Shown here: positions 19,018-28,061 of the stretch, piece after piece | Layout: every line of letters starts with the position of its first letter | Numbering within the stretch: the stretch's first letter is position 1 | Source: Candidatus Latescibacterota bacterium | GTDB lineage: Bacteria > Latescibacterota > UBA2968 > UBA8231 | Assembly: GCA_965203355.1 (NCBI GenBank) | Contig: OZ241889.1 | Span: 2,112,001 to 2,176,000 of the forward strand | Direction: 5' to 3' | Length of the DNA: 64,000 bases | Translations under genes and position numbers: made by a program | Notes under the pieces: model-generated | The model's database searches: none | What the model was told of the DNA's origin: nothing | What the model saw: the letters and a program-made list of their open reading frames with translations, nothing else

Positions 19018-19805
19018 GGGTGCTGGAAATAAGCGCCGATGTCGGCGGCTAAGTGCGCGAGGGCTTGGCTGCCTTCGGCCTGGGGGTGCGCTTTGGCGAT
19101 CGGCTCGCCCGCGTCGGCTTGGCTGCGGACGAGGGGGTCGAGCGGAATTTCGCCCAGATAGGGAATGTCCAAGCGGCTAGCGGTGGCGCGGCCGCCGCCG
19201 GCTCCGAAGATGGGGTCGGCATGGCCGCAGTGGCCGCAGCGGAAATAGCTCATGTTCTCGACTAAACCGACGATGGGTACCTCGGTCTGGCGGAACATCT
19301 CGACGCCGCGCCGCACGTCTTCGAGGGCAATGGCCGAAGGCGTAGTGATGATTAAGGCCGCAGTCAAGGGGGCCACTTGGGTCAGCGTGATTTGTACATC
19401 CCCGGTCCCAGGAGGTAGATCTATGAGCAAGAGGTCGAGTTCGCCCCAAGTGACGTTGAAGAGGAATTGGTGCATCATCTTGGCCAGCATGGGGCCGCGC
19501 CACACGACGGGGGTGCCCGGGTCGATTAGCAGCCCCATGGAAATGGCTTGGAGGCCGTGTGCGGACAAGGGGTGGATGCGGCCATCGGTTGCAGTCGGCC
19601 GGCCGGCTAGGCCGAGCAAGCCCGGGATGTTGGGGCCATAGATGTCGGCGTCGAGCAAGCCGACGCGCAGCCCTTGGTCGGCCAAGATCACGGCCAAGTT
19701 GGCGCAGAGCGTGGACTTGCCGACGCCGCCCTTGCCGCTGGATATGGCTAGTGTATCTTTAATGCCGGGAATGGGTTGGCGGTTGTGGGTCTGTGGGGCG
19801 TTCAC
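19014..19805 (-). CDS. Mrp/ApbC (NBP35) Fe-S cluster carrier ATPase
   Basis: 'SGKGGVGKST', 'DADIYGP', 'WRGPM', 'DLPPGTGD', 'ENMSYFRCGHC'; GTG start inferred. Confidence 0.9.
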   Translation of the reverse strand: MNAPQTHNRQPIPGIKDTLAISSGKGGVGKSTLCANLAVILADQGLRVGLLDADIYGPNIPGLLGLAGRPTATDGRIHPLSAHGLQAISMGLLIDPGTPVVWRGPMLAKMMHQFLFNVTWGELDLLLIDLPPGTGDVQITLTQVAPLTAALIITTPSAIALEDVRRGVEMFRQTEVPIVGLVENMSYFRCGHCGHADPIFGAGGGRATASRLDIPYLGEIPLDPLVRSQADAGEPIAKAHPQAEGSQALAHLAADIGAYFQHP

Positions 19806-19888
19806 TGAGGTTCCTGCTGCGTAGTGGAAAAGCTGAAGTATAGAAGAAAGACTTCCTCGCGGCAAGGGGATAGACAAAGGAGCTAGCC

Positions 19889-20734
19889 ATGTATGGAGTC
19901 GCGCTTTTGGCGGTCGTTTTGATCCCCTTGGGTTGCACGAATGTCAACCAGATGCACCAGCTCTATCGGGCGGGCGACCACTCGCAGTTAGAGCGCATTA
20001 TGGAGATCGTCTCCCGCCAAGACTATCCCTATGCCACGCGACGCAAGGCCGCGCGCATTCTCGGCGAGATCGGCGATCCGCGCGCCGTGCCCGTGCTGAA
20101 AATGGCGCTTCAAGACTACGATCAGCGCACGACGCTCAAGCAGGACGCGCTCCGCGCCTTGGGCACCATCGGCGAGCAGAGCGCGGCCTTGGATATAGGA
20201 AGGCTGCTCAACTACTCGCTCAACACGGCCGACTCCGAGTTGCGGATGGCCGCCATTGAAGCGCTCGGGCAGATGGGGGGGGCCAAGGCGGCTGAAATTT
20301 TGGTCAATGCCCTCGACTACTACGACATGCTTACCCTGCGCTCTGAGCAGCGAACCCGCCGGGGGGTGTTCACCGGCGAGGAGCTATCTCCCTATCCCTA
20401 CGGACTGATGCAGCCGGACTCCACGGACGGCCCACGACGCTATCCAAATGTGGGATTGGATCCCTTTGGGGCGGGCGGGCAGCCGCGGGTGAGCATGTTC
20501 GGTACGCCCATTGAGCCGACGCAGATGGAATACGACCCCACGCCCGAAGAGCACACCCTGACCCATCAGGCGCTTACAGCGGTGGGGGCAGCCGCCATTC
20601 CAGTGATTGAAAATCACCTAGATGGCCTGCGCGTGAGCCGCCCGACCTTGCGCAAGGAGTTACTGACCATAATAAGCGAAATCACCGGGGTGCCGCCGGT
20701 GGTAGAAGCCGATTCCACAGCCGCCGATCTGTAG
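19889..20734 (+). CDS. HEAT-repeat lipoprotein
   Basis: Lipobox 'PLGC'; HEAT-like 'AARILGEIGDPRAVPVL', 'ALRALGTIG', 'AIEALGQMG'. Confidence 0.75.
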   Translation: MYGVALLAVVLIPLGCTNVNQMHQLYRAGDHSQLERIMEIVSRQDYPYATRRKAARILGEIGDPRAVPVLKMALQDYDQRTTLKQDALRALGTIGEQSAALDIGRLLNYSLNTADSELRMAAIEALGQMGGAKAAEILVNALDYYDMLTLRSEQRTRRGVFTGEELSPYPYGLMQPDSTDGPRRYPNVGLDPFGAGGQPRVSMFGTPIEPTQMEYDPTPEEHTLTHQALTAVGAAAIPVIENHLDGLRVSRPTLRKELLTIISEITGVPPVVEADSTAADL

Positions 20735-20735
20735 T

Positions 20736-20764
20736 TTGACAAGGGTACGCCGAGCGCATATACT
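20736..20764 (+). promoter_or_regulatory. Sigma70-type promoter
   Basis: TTGACA-17bp-TATACT. Confidence 0.7.
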
Positions 20765-20847
20765 AGGGCGTTTCTATCCGAAAATCACCGAGACATGCGC
20801 TAGGCCCGCCTTGTTGAAGCGGAATGTGCAGACGCTTGGTTCGCCTG

Positions 20848-20877
20848 TTTACCCCCGGCCGGAAGGCCAAGTATAAT
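20848..20877 (+). promoter_or_regulatory. Second sigma70-type promoter
   Basis: TTTACC-18bp-TATAAT, 18 nt before ATG 20896. Confidence 0.5.
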
Positions 20878-20895
20878 TCGAGGTTTTCACCCATT

Positions 20896-21666
20896 ATGGA
20901 ACGCGATATCGGCCCGATCCTCAGCGACTGGAAATACGCCCCAGGCGAGTTGAGCGTGCGCAAGATACGAGGCGGCAATGGCAGCACCAAGCTCCAAATC
21001 CGCATGGATATGGGCTTGATGCAGTTAGAGTGGCGGGGCCGTCCCGACGCACTCCGGCCGCACGGCTATGGGTCGCTGTTGGATTACTACTGCCAAAAGC
21101 GGCGCGAGTGGGAAAAAGCACACGGCCCGGGCACCTTTCGCCTCTCGCACGAGGATTGTTCCGATCTGGCCCAAGAGGCCATGAAATACTACTGGCGGCG
21201 GATTGGTTTTTTTGAACTAAAAGAATACCAGCGCGCCGAAGAGGACGCCAAGCACAACCTCGCCATTCTCGACTTGTGCTACGAATACGCCGAGGAGGAC
21301 GAGGATCGTCAGTTAGCCGAACAATACCGCGTCTTTGTCACAGCGCATCGGGTGCAGGCGCGGGCCCTGGCCTATCTAGAGGCCGAAAACCACGCTGAGG
21401 CCCTAGCCGAGATCCGCCGAGGCGTCGTCGAAATTGAGGAATTTCTCGCCAAAATTGGTCGATTGGATCAGCTCGACGCATGCCCTGAGCTGCTCTTTTT
21501 GCGCGAGTGGGAGAGCGAGGTCGAAAGTACTCGACCGCGCACGTTGCGCGAGCGACTGACGGCCGATCTACAGGCCGCAGTAGAAGCAGAGCGATTTGAA
21601 CTGGCCGCTTCGCTCAGGGATCGCTTGCGCTCGCTCGAGGCCGAGCAAGCTGGCAGGCTGTCTTGA
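20896..21666 (+). CDS. UvrB/UvrC-motif-containing protein (paralogue 1)
   Basis: C-terminal UVR motif 'LQAAVEAERFELAASLRDRL'; conserved 'LQIRMDMGLMQLEWRGRPD..RPHG'. Confidence 0.8.
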   Translation: MERDIGPILSDWKYAPGELSVRKIRGGNGSTKLQIRMDMGLMQLEWRGRPDALRPHGYGSLLDYYCQKRREWEKAHGPGTFRLSHEDCSDLAQEAMKYYWRRIGFFELKEYQRAEEDAKHNLAILDLCYEYAEEDEDRQLAEQYRVFVTAHRVQARALAYLEAENHAEALAEIRRGVVEIEEFLAKIGRLDQLDACPELLFLREWESEVESTRPRTLRERLTADLQAAVEAERFELAASLRDRLRSLEAEQAGRLS

Positions 21667-23429
21667 AGGAGTGCTCATGGTCGAGGCGTGGGCTGAGGGG
21701 CACTGTCTCCCAGCCCTTTTACTTTGCCCTGTTGGCCTTGTTAAGTGCTTGCGGGCAAATGGCTCCCAAGACGACGCCCGATGTGCCGACGGTCCAGATT
21801 ACCCAAGAACAGCTACCCATAGTAGGAGACAACCTGCTCGACTTGCAGTTGTTCAGGCCAGGTACAGGTTCGCGCCACCTGCTAGCTCGGCTGACGTGGG
21901 AAACCCCTTCGGGCGCGCAGCGCAAGGTCGAGCACCGGCTACAGGTACCGCAGGGGCGTCTAGTGCGTTATGCGCTGCCGTATCGGTTGGCCGAGGCCGG
22001 CATACACCGCGCGGCCCTGCGGCTGTACGATCCTGAGCGCGACACGACTATCCATGTAGTTGAAGCGTTGCGCCTGTTTGCCCGGCCGGCTTGGGAGCTT
22101 TCGGGCGATCGCTCGTATTATACCGTAGAGGACGAGATCCGCTTCCGGTTGCGGCGCAATCGCCGCGCTGATACGACGGTCCCGGTGACGGTCGAGTTGC
22201 GGCGCGGCGGCGCGGTCTTGGATCGCTTGGCGGCAAACGTGGTTGGGCAGGAGGTCACTGGGGCCTTTGCCGCCGATACCTTGCCCGCCGGGCGCTATGA
22301 GTTAGTGGCGCGGTGGCTGGATCCGGTCGGCGGCGCGGACTCGCTGATCGCGGTCTGCGAGAAGTTTGCACCAGCCGCCCGAGAGGTGAAAATCGACCTG
22401 TTCAGCCAGTCCTTGCTCGTCAATGGCGAGCCGTTTTTTCCCATTGGGCTGTACTGGCTGCGGGAGGAGGTCCTCGCTCCAATGCGTCAGCTGCATTTCA
22501 ATGCTGGGGATTACTACTACAAGCTGCGTGGCGAAGAGGTCGCCGCGCTGATGGACGCAGCCGCCGTAGAGGGGATGCAGATACTCCTAGAAATGACCGA
22601 GTACGCCCGGCGCAAGCCCGAGCCGGATTATCGGGCCATTGCCGCCCTCGTCAAACGCTATCGCCAGCATCCGGCACTCTTGGCGTGGTATCTGGTTGAC
22701 GAGCCAGACGAGACCAAAATGGATCCTGCGTCGGCTTTGGCGATATACGAGTTAATTCGGGAACTCGATCCCTATCACCCCGTCTATTTGGTCAACAACC
22801 GACCGCACACATACGCCGCCTATTCGGACGCCAGCGATATATTGGCTATAGATGTCTATCCGATTCCGAATTATCCCATCAGTCAGGTGGGCGACTATAT
22901 GGAACGGGCGCGCTGGACTTCGCTGGAGCGCAAGCCAGTCTGGTTGATCGCCCAGGCCTTTGGCGGCGTAGAGCATTGGCCGCGCGCGCCGACGGCACGC
23001 GAGTTGCGGAACATGGTCTATCAAGGCTTGGTTGGCGGGGCCAAGGGCGTGTTGTTTTACCGCTATTGCGAGGAGAACGAACGACACATTCAGCCCCTCG
23101 CCTTGTGGCGAGAAGCACAGCACCTCGCGGCCGAGCTGGCCGAATTAGGCCCGGTGTTCTTGCAGGGGGAGCACCGCTTGGCGGCACAACCGACCAGTGG
23201 TGAAATTGCCGTGGCGATCAAAGAATACAAAGGCGCCTTTTACGTATTTGCCGTCAATGTCGCCGAAGATTCGCGGCGACTCGATTTGCGTCTGGAGGGC
23301 TTACCGCCGATGGGACGGGCCGAAGTGCTCGGTGGGCAGGCGGTGCCGACGCTGGCCAATGGGCGACTTGCTGCGGAGTTAGGGCCGCTCGGCACGGCGG
23401 TTTTTCGCTTGCAGACAGCGGGCATTTGA
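21663..23429 (+). CDS. Putative lipoprotein with glycoside-hydrolase-like TIM barrel
   Basis: Lipobox 'LSAC'; 'NGEPFFPIGLY', 'HPALLAWYLVDEPD', 'DILAIDVYP', 'KPVWLIAQAF'; start uncertain. Confidence 0.65.
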   Translation: MKECSWSRRGLRGTVSQPFYFALLALLSACGQMAPKTTPDVPTVQITQEQLPIVGDNLLDLQLFRPGTGSRHLLARLTWETPSGAQRKVEHRLQVPQGRLVRYALPYRLAEAGIHRAALRLYDPERDTTIHVVEALRLFARPAWELSGDRSYYTVEDEIRFRLRRNRRADTTVPVTVELRRGGAVLDRLAANVVGQEVTGAFAADTLPAGRYELVARWLDPVGGADSLIAVCEKFAPAAREVKIDLFSQSLLVNGEPFFPIGLYWLREEVLAPMRQLHFNAGDYYYKLRGEEVAALMDAAAVEGMQILLEMTEYARRKPEPDYRAIAALVKRYRQHPALLAWYLVDEPDETKMDPASALAIYELIRELDPYHPVYLVNNRPHTYAAYSDASDILAIDVYPIPNYPISQVGDYMERARWTSLERKPVWLIAQAFGGVEHWPRAPTARELRNMVYQGLVGGAKGVLFYRYCEENERHIQPLALWREAQHLAAELAELGPVFLQGEHRLAAQPTSGEIAVAIKEYKGAFYVFAVNVAEDSRRLDLRLEGLPPMGRAEVLGGQAVPTLANGRLAAELGPLGTAVFRLQTAGI

Positions 23430-23473
23430 ACAGGTAATCCACTGGCGTTGGAGCCAGTTAAAGGGAGAAAACG

Positions 23474-23962
23474 ATGGCTAAAAAGATGGCGCTCAATAAG
23501 CGAGAGCGAGAGCGGATGAAGAAGATTCTCTTAGTGCGCCGCGCTGAATTGCTCAGCGATTTGGACGGCACCGAGCACGAGATCGACGAGTTGCAAGATC
23601 CCAAGGCCGACGATCTCGACCGCGCAGTCGAGGCCGGAACCATGGAGCTTTTGGTGACGCTAGGGGATACTGAGCGCCGCGAGTTGGAGGAGGTCACGCT
23701 GGCGCTCGAGAAGCTAGAAAGCACGACGTATGGCAAGTGTGAAGCCTGTCTCGAACAGCCCTTAAACCTGTGTTCGACCTGCCCGTTTATTCCCAAGCCG
23801 CGCTTGGAGGCCCTGCCCACGGCGCGGCTGTGCGTGTCCTGTCAGGAGGCCGAGGAGCAGAACCAGATTCCGTCTTATACTCGGCTGCGCCCCCGGCGGA
23901 TGTTTGGCGAGGAAATAGAAGAATTCTCGCATCCGCTGATGGATTCAGAAGACGACAAATAG
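23474..23962 (+). CDS. DksA/TraR C4 zinc-finger protein
   Basis: DxxDxA 'DDLDRA'; 'YGKCEAC...RLEALPTARLCVSCQ'. Confidence 0.88.
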   Translation: MAKKMALNKRERERMKKILLVRRAELLSDLDGTEHEIDELQDPKADDLDRAVEAGTMELLVTLGDTERRELEEVTLALEKLESTTYGKCEACLEQPLNLCSTCPFIPKPRLEALPTARLCVSCQEAEEQNQIPSYTRLRPRRMFGEEIEEFSHPLMDSEDDK

Positions 23963-23983
23963 GCGCGTGATCCGCGCCGATAG

Positions 23984-24010
23984 CAAGGCGGCGCAGCTTG
24001 GGCCGCCTTG
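23984..24010. terminator. GC-rich hairpin between convergent dksA-like and tolC genes
   Basis: CAAGGCGGC-N9-GCCGCCTTG, preceded by a GGCGCG/CGCGCC hairpin; no U-tract. Confidence 0.45.
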
Positions 24011-24027
24011 GCGTGAGGATTGGGAGA

Positions 24028-25467
24028 CTAAGGAGCCAGCTCTTTTAGCTCGGCCATAGTGGCTAGCCGCACGTTTTTGAGCTGGCGCTGGTAGCCTATG
24101 ACTGCGGCTAAGGCGTTGATCTGGGCTTGCGTCAAGTTGCCTTGGGCCTGGAGCAATTGCTGGCTGTCGGCCAAGCCGAGTTCAAAACGGCTCTGCTCGA
24201 CGTCGTAGGTGCGCTGGGCAAATTCGAGGGCGGCTTGGCGCAGGTCGATCTGGCGCTCGGCCTCGTGGACGCGGCGCGTGGCGTCGCGAACTTGCTGGAT
24301 GATTAGACGGCGTTGGTGCTCGCGGCCGAGGCGGCTTTGCTCCAAGGCGATGCGCGCTTGGCTGACGTTGGCCCGCCGTTGGCCGCTGTCGATCAGCGGC
24401 AGCCTTATCTGCAGATCGACGCCCCAGCGATTGCGCTCGAAATTGTCGCTGACCGCGCTGATTTCGCTGCCGCGTCCCTGCATGCTGACATTGGCACCCA
24501 AGGTCGCGTTAATGCCGTTGCGGCGGCGGGCCTCCACGAGATTCAACTCGTTAATTTCCTCGGAAATTTCCGCTCGTTTCATGTCGGTGCGACGCGCCAA
24601 GCCTATTTCAAGGGCGCGTTGGTCGTCGATGGGGTGAATCTCGTATTGGACCTCAGCGTCGATTTCGAGCGGTTCCCACACGTCGAGTCCGAGGGTTTGG
24701 CGGAGCAGGTCGCGGCGCGATTCGATGTCGGTCTGCGCTTGGTCGTACGTGGCTTCGGCCTGCAGCATCTCCACCTGTAAGCGCAGGGCTTCCACTTCGG
24801 CGATGAGGCCGACCTCAAATTTTCGTTGAGCCAGTTCCAAGTTGGCGCGCGACTGGGCTAGGCGCTGTTCCTCTATTGCGAGTTCTTGGACGCTCTGTAC
24901 CAAAGCGTAGTAATCGTCGATGACTTGGCCTTCTAATTGGAGCCGCTGGCGGTCGAAGTTGAGGCGGGCGCTTTGCAGGCGGTACTCGGCGCGCTTGAGC
25001 GCGATTTCTTCGCTGGGCCGAGCGAGTAGCTCGCGCTCGTAAGCCAGGCGCGTCGAGCCCGAATAGTCGAGGAAGCCCTCGCGGCGATTGGACGAAAAGT
25101 CGCGGCGTAGAGCCACAGAGGTCAGCGTGAGTTGGCCGAGGTGGCGCAGGCGCTGGGTCATGCGCAGGTTGCCCGAGTAGGAGACATCGGTATTCTCTTC
25201 GCGGACTCGAGTTTGGAGGGCGACGTTTTCTTGGATGTCGCGCAGTGCGGTGAAACTAGGGGCGGTGAAAGAGGCGTCCATGTTGAAGGTAAAAGGCGCT
25301 TGGGCCGCCGTTAGTTGGACGCGACTGTTGTCTAGGGTTTGTTGGTCCATTTGGTGTTGTAGGTTGTTTTGCATGGCCAAGTCGATGCACTCTTGCAGCG
25401 AGAGCACCTCGGCCGTCGAACAGGTGGCGGCGATTAGCAAACTGACGAGTGCCCATTGGTGTTTCAT
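24028..25467 (-). CDS. TolC-family outer membrane efflux protein
   Basis: Signal peptide, 'LSLQECIDLAMQNN', 'RKFEVGL', 'RFELGL' OEP repeats. Confidence 0.88.
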   Translation of the reverse strand: MKHQWALVSLLIAATCSTAEVLSLQECIDLAMQNNLQHQMDQQTLDNSRVQLTAAQAPFTFNMDASFTAPSFTALRDIQENVALQTRVREENTDVSYSGNLRMTQRLRHLGQLTLTSVALRRDFSSNRREGFLDYSGSTRLAYERELLARPSEEIALKRAEYRLQSARLNFDRQRLQLEGQVIDDYYALVQSVQELAIEEQRLAQSRANLELAQRKFEVGLIAEVEALRLQVEMLQAEATYDQAQTDIESRRDLLRQTLGLDVWEPLEIDAEVQYEIHPIDDQRALEIGLARRTDMKRAEISEEINELNLVEARRRNGINATLGANVSMQGRGSEISAVSDNFERNRWGVDLQIRLPLIDSGQRRANVSQARIALEQSRLGREHQRRLIIQQVRDATRRVHEAERQIDLRQAALEFAQRTYDVEQSRFELGLADSQQLLQAQGNLTQAQINALAAVIGYQRQLKNVRLATMAELKELAP

Positions 25468-25633
25468 CGCGGGAGCTCCTTCTCATGGATGGCGAGCGAA
25501 AGGCAGCGGTTGTCTGTAATTATACAATACGGGTTTTACCACGCCAACCGCGCCGCCATTTTTCGCCAGCGAGTTTAATGGTTAATTTTAATTAATAGAC
25601 TTAAGCCTGTCGCGAATCCAAAGGAGCCATGCC

Positions 25634-26383
25634 ATGACGACCCTCACTTCGCAAGTGCTGGCGTACGAAAAAACCGCCGCCGACCTTGCCGTTAAAATCT
25701 TTGCCGACGGAGCCGACCGCGCCAGTATGCTGGCGAGTTATGCCAACCCGCTAGTCGCTGGATTTACGACCAATCCCACCTTGATGCGCCAAGCCGACGT
25801 TGCCGATTACCGGGCCTTTGCCCACGACATCGTCGCGGCCATTCCCGACCGCCATATTTCCTTTGAGGTCTTTTCAGACGAGTTTGACGACATGGAGCGC
25901 CAAGCCCGCGAGATCGCCACTTGGGGTGAAAACGTGTACGCCAAAATCCCGGTCAGCAACACCAAGGCCGCGGTCAGCTACGACTTGGTCCATCGGCTGT
26001 CTCACGCTGGGGTCAAGGTCAATGTCACGGCGATATTTCTGCTCGACCAAGTGAGAGAAGTGGCGGCCGCGGTCGAGGGCGGAGCACCGTGCTGCGTGTC
26101 GGTTTTTGCCGGCCGCATTGCCGACGCCGGGCTGGACTACATGCCGGTCATGGCCGAGTCGGTCGAGCTGCTCGCGTCCAACCCCCGAGCCGAGCTCATC
26201 TGGGCCAGCCCCCGCGAGGTGTACAATGTCGTCCAAGCCGATAGCATCGGCTGCCACATCATCACCTGCACCAGCGACATCATCAAAAAGCTGCCGACCT
26301 TGGGCAAGGAATTGGGGCAGTTCTCGCTAGAGACGGTGCAGATCTTTTACGCGGATGCGGCGGCGGCTGGGTACAGCCTGTGA
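25634..26383 (+). CDS. tal: Transaldolase (short TalC/FSA type)
   Basis: 'IFADGA', 'GFTTNPTL', 'VYAKIP', 'VNVT', 'SVFAGRIAD', 'WASPRE'. Confidence 0.88.
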   Translation: MTTLTSQVLAYEKTAADLAVKIFADGADRASMLASYANPLVAGFTTNPTLMRQADVADYRAFAHDIVAAIPDRHISFEVFSDEFDDMERQAREIATWGENVYAKIPVSNTKAAVSYDLVHRLSHAGVKVNVTAIFLLDQVREVAAAVEGGAPCCVSVFAGRIADAGLDYMPVMAESVELLASNPRAELIWASPREVYNVVQADSIGCHIITCTSDIIKKLPTLGKELGQFSLETVQIFYADAAAAGYSL

Positions 26384-26392
26384 ATGCGGCGG

Positions 26393-26977
26393 ATGAGTTA
26401 CACCCAACAATACTTGGCCGCGGCGGCGCAAGTCATTGAGCAGCTAGATCGCAAGGCGATTGAGGCGATAGTCCAACTCGTCGTCGAGACCCGTCAGGGC
26501 GACGGGCGGCTCTTTATTCTCGGCGTGGGGGGGAGCGCGGGCAATGCGAGCCACGCGGTCAATGACTTTCGCAAGATCGCGGGCATTGAGTCCTACGCCC
26601 CCACGGACAACGTCTCGGAACTGACGGCGCGGATCAACGACGAGGGCTGGGAGACGGCCTTTGCCAAATGGCTGGAGGGCAGTCGGTTAAACGAAAAGGA
26701 TCTGATCTTGGTCTTGTCCGTCGGCGGCGGCCATCGCCCACTGAATACCAGCGTCAACTTGGTTGCAGCACTGGAATACGCCAAAGAGGTCGGAGCCAAA
26801 ATCTGCGGCATCGTGGGGCGAGATGGCGGCTTTACGGCCCAAGCCGCCGATGCCTGCGCGATTGTGCCGACGGTCGCGCCGGATGCGGTCACGCCGCTGA
26901 CGGAATCCTTCCAAGCCGTTATATGGCATTTAATTGTTTCGCATCCCGAAGTACAAGTGGAGCGCACCAGATGGTAG
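26393..26977 (+). CDS. SIS-domain phosphoheptose isomerase (GmhA-like)
   Basis: 'GVGGSAGNASHAVNDF', 'LTARINDEGW'. Confidence 0.85.
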   Translation: MSYTQQYLAAAAQVIEQLDRKAIEAIVQLVVETRQGDGRLFILGVGGSAGNASHAVNDFRKIAGIESYAPTDNVSELTARINDEGWETAFAKWLEGSRLNEKDLILVLSVGGGHRPLNTSVNLVAALEYAKEVGAKICGIVGRDGGFTAQAADACAIVPTVAPDAVTPLTESFQAVIWHLIVSHPEVQVERTRW

Positions 26978-27008
26978 ATGCGCGCGCCTCTTCAACGAAA
27001 GGTTGAAC

Positions 27009-28061
27009 ATGTCTGCGGTCCCCCGAGGCCTGCGCCAGTTTTTGCACCGCTATATTCCAGACTTAGAAAAAGAAATGTTCTCGTTCCTCGCCGTGCGCGA
27101 ACCCGAGGGCTTCCTGTACCGGCTGATGCGCGACTACCCTGAGCGCGGCGGCAAGCGATTCCGCCCGGCGCTGGTGCTCTTGGCGTGTCAAGCCTGCGGC
27201 GGCGACGTGGAGAAAGCCATGCGGACGGCGGTGGCCTTTGAGATGTTCCAGTCGTTTGCCGTAGTGCACGACGATATTGAAGACGATTCGGAGATGCGGC
27301 GCGGCAAGCCCTGTTTGCACAAGTCGCACGGGGTCCCATTGGCTATCAACGTCGGCGATGCCCTGTACGCCAAGGTCTTTGAAATCCTCAGCGCAAATCG
27401 CGCCGCTTTGGGGGCGGATGTCGCGCTCGATTTGATGGAGGAGATGATCCGCGGCTCGTGCGAGACGTTTGAGGGACAGGCATACGACGTGGGCTGGATT
27501 CGCCAGCACTACATTCCCAGCGAGGGCGAGTTTATGACCATGCTGCGCAAAAAGACCGGGTGGTACACGGGCCGGGGGCCGTGTACGGCCGGGGCGATTA
27601 TCGCGGGTGCCAGCGTGGGCTTGCGAACTCGTATCGGCGATTTCGGCGAGTCCATGGCCATCGCGTTCCAGCTCCGCGACGACCTGCTGAACTTGAGTTC
27701 TTCCGCCCAGGACGCTGGCTCCGCTCCTGGCGTCACTTCCGGGGCCTACGGCAAGGAGCGGGGTGGAGATATTGCGGAAGGAAAGCGGACCTTGATTATC
27801 ATCGACCTCTTAGGCAAATGCACGGCTGAGGAACGCAAAGAAGTGCTGGCGATCTTGCACCAAGATCGCCAACGCAACACAACCGCCGATATCGAGCGGG
27901 TCATCGCCTTGGTTGAGCACTACGAATGCGACCGCTACGTCGAGCGCGTGTGCCAGCAGAAGGTCGCCGAGAGCTTGGGGCATCTGGGGAAACTTCCGGC
28001 CAATCCCTCGCGCGATATGCTGGGAGAAATGCTGGACTTTTTGGTCCAGCGTGCCTTTTAG
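27009..28061 (+). CDS. Polyprenyl diphosphate synthase (GGPPS-like)
   Basis: 'GGKRFRP', FARM 'HDDIED..RRG', 'GQAYD', 'KT', SARM 'FQLRDDLL', 'DIAEGKRT'. Confidence 0.9.
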   Translation: MSAVPRGLRQFLHRYIPDLEKEMFSFLAVREPEGFLYRLMRDYPERGGKRFRPALVLLACQACGGDVEKAMRTAVAFEMFQSFAVVHDDIEDDSEMRRGKPCLHKSHGVPLAINVGDALYAKVFEILSANRAALGADVALDLMEEMIRGSCETFEGQAYDVGWIRQHYIPSEGEFMTMLRKKTGWYTGRGPCTAGAIIAGASVGLRTRIGDFGESMAIAFQLRDDLLNLSSSAQDAGSAPGVTSGAYGKERGGDIAEGKRTLIIIDLLGKCTAEERKEVLAILHQDRQRNTTADIERVIALVEHYECDRYVERVCQQKVAESLGHLGKLPANPSRDMLGEMLDFLVQRAF

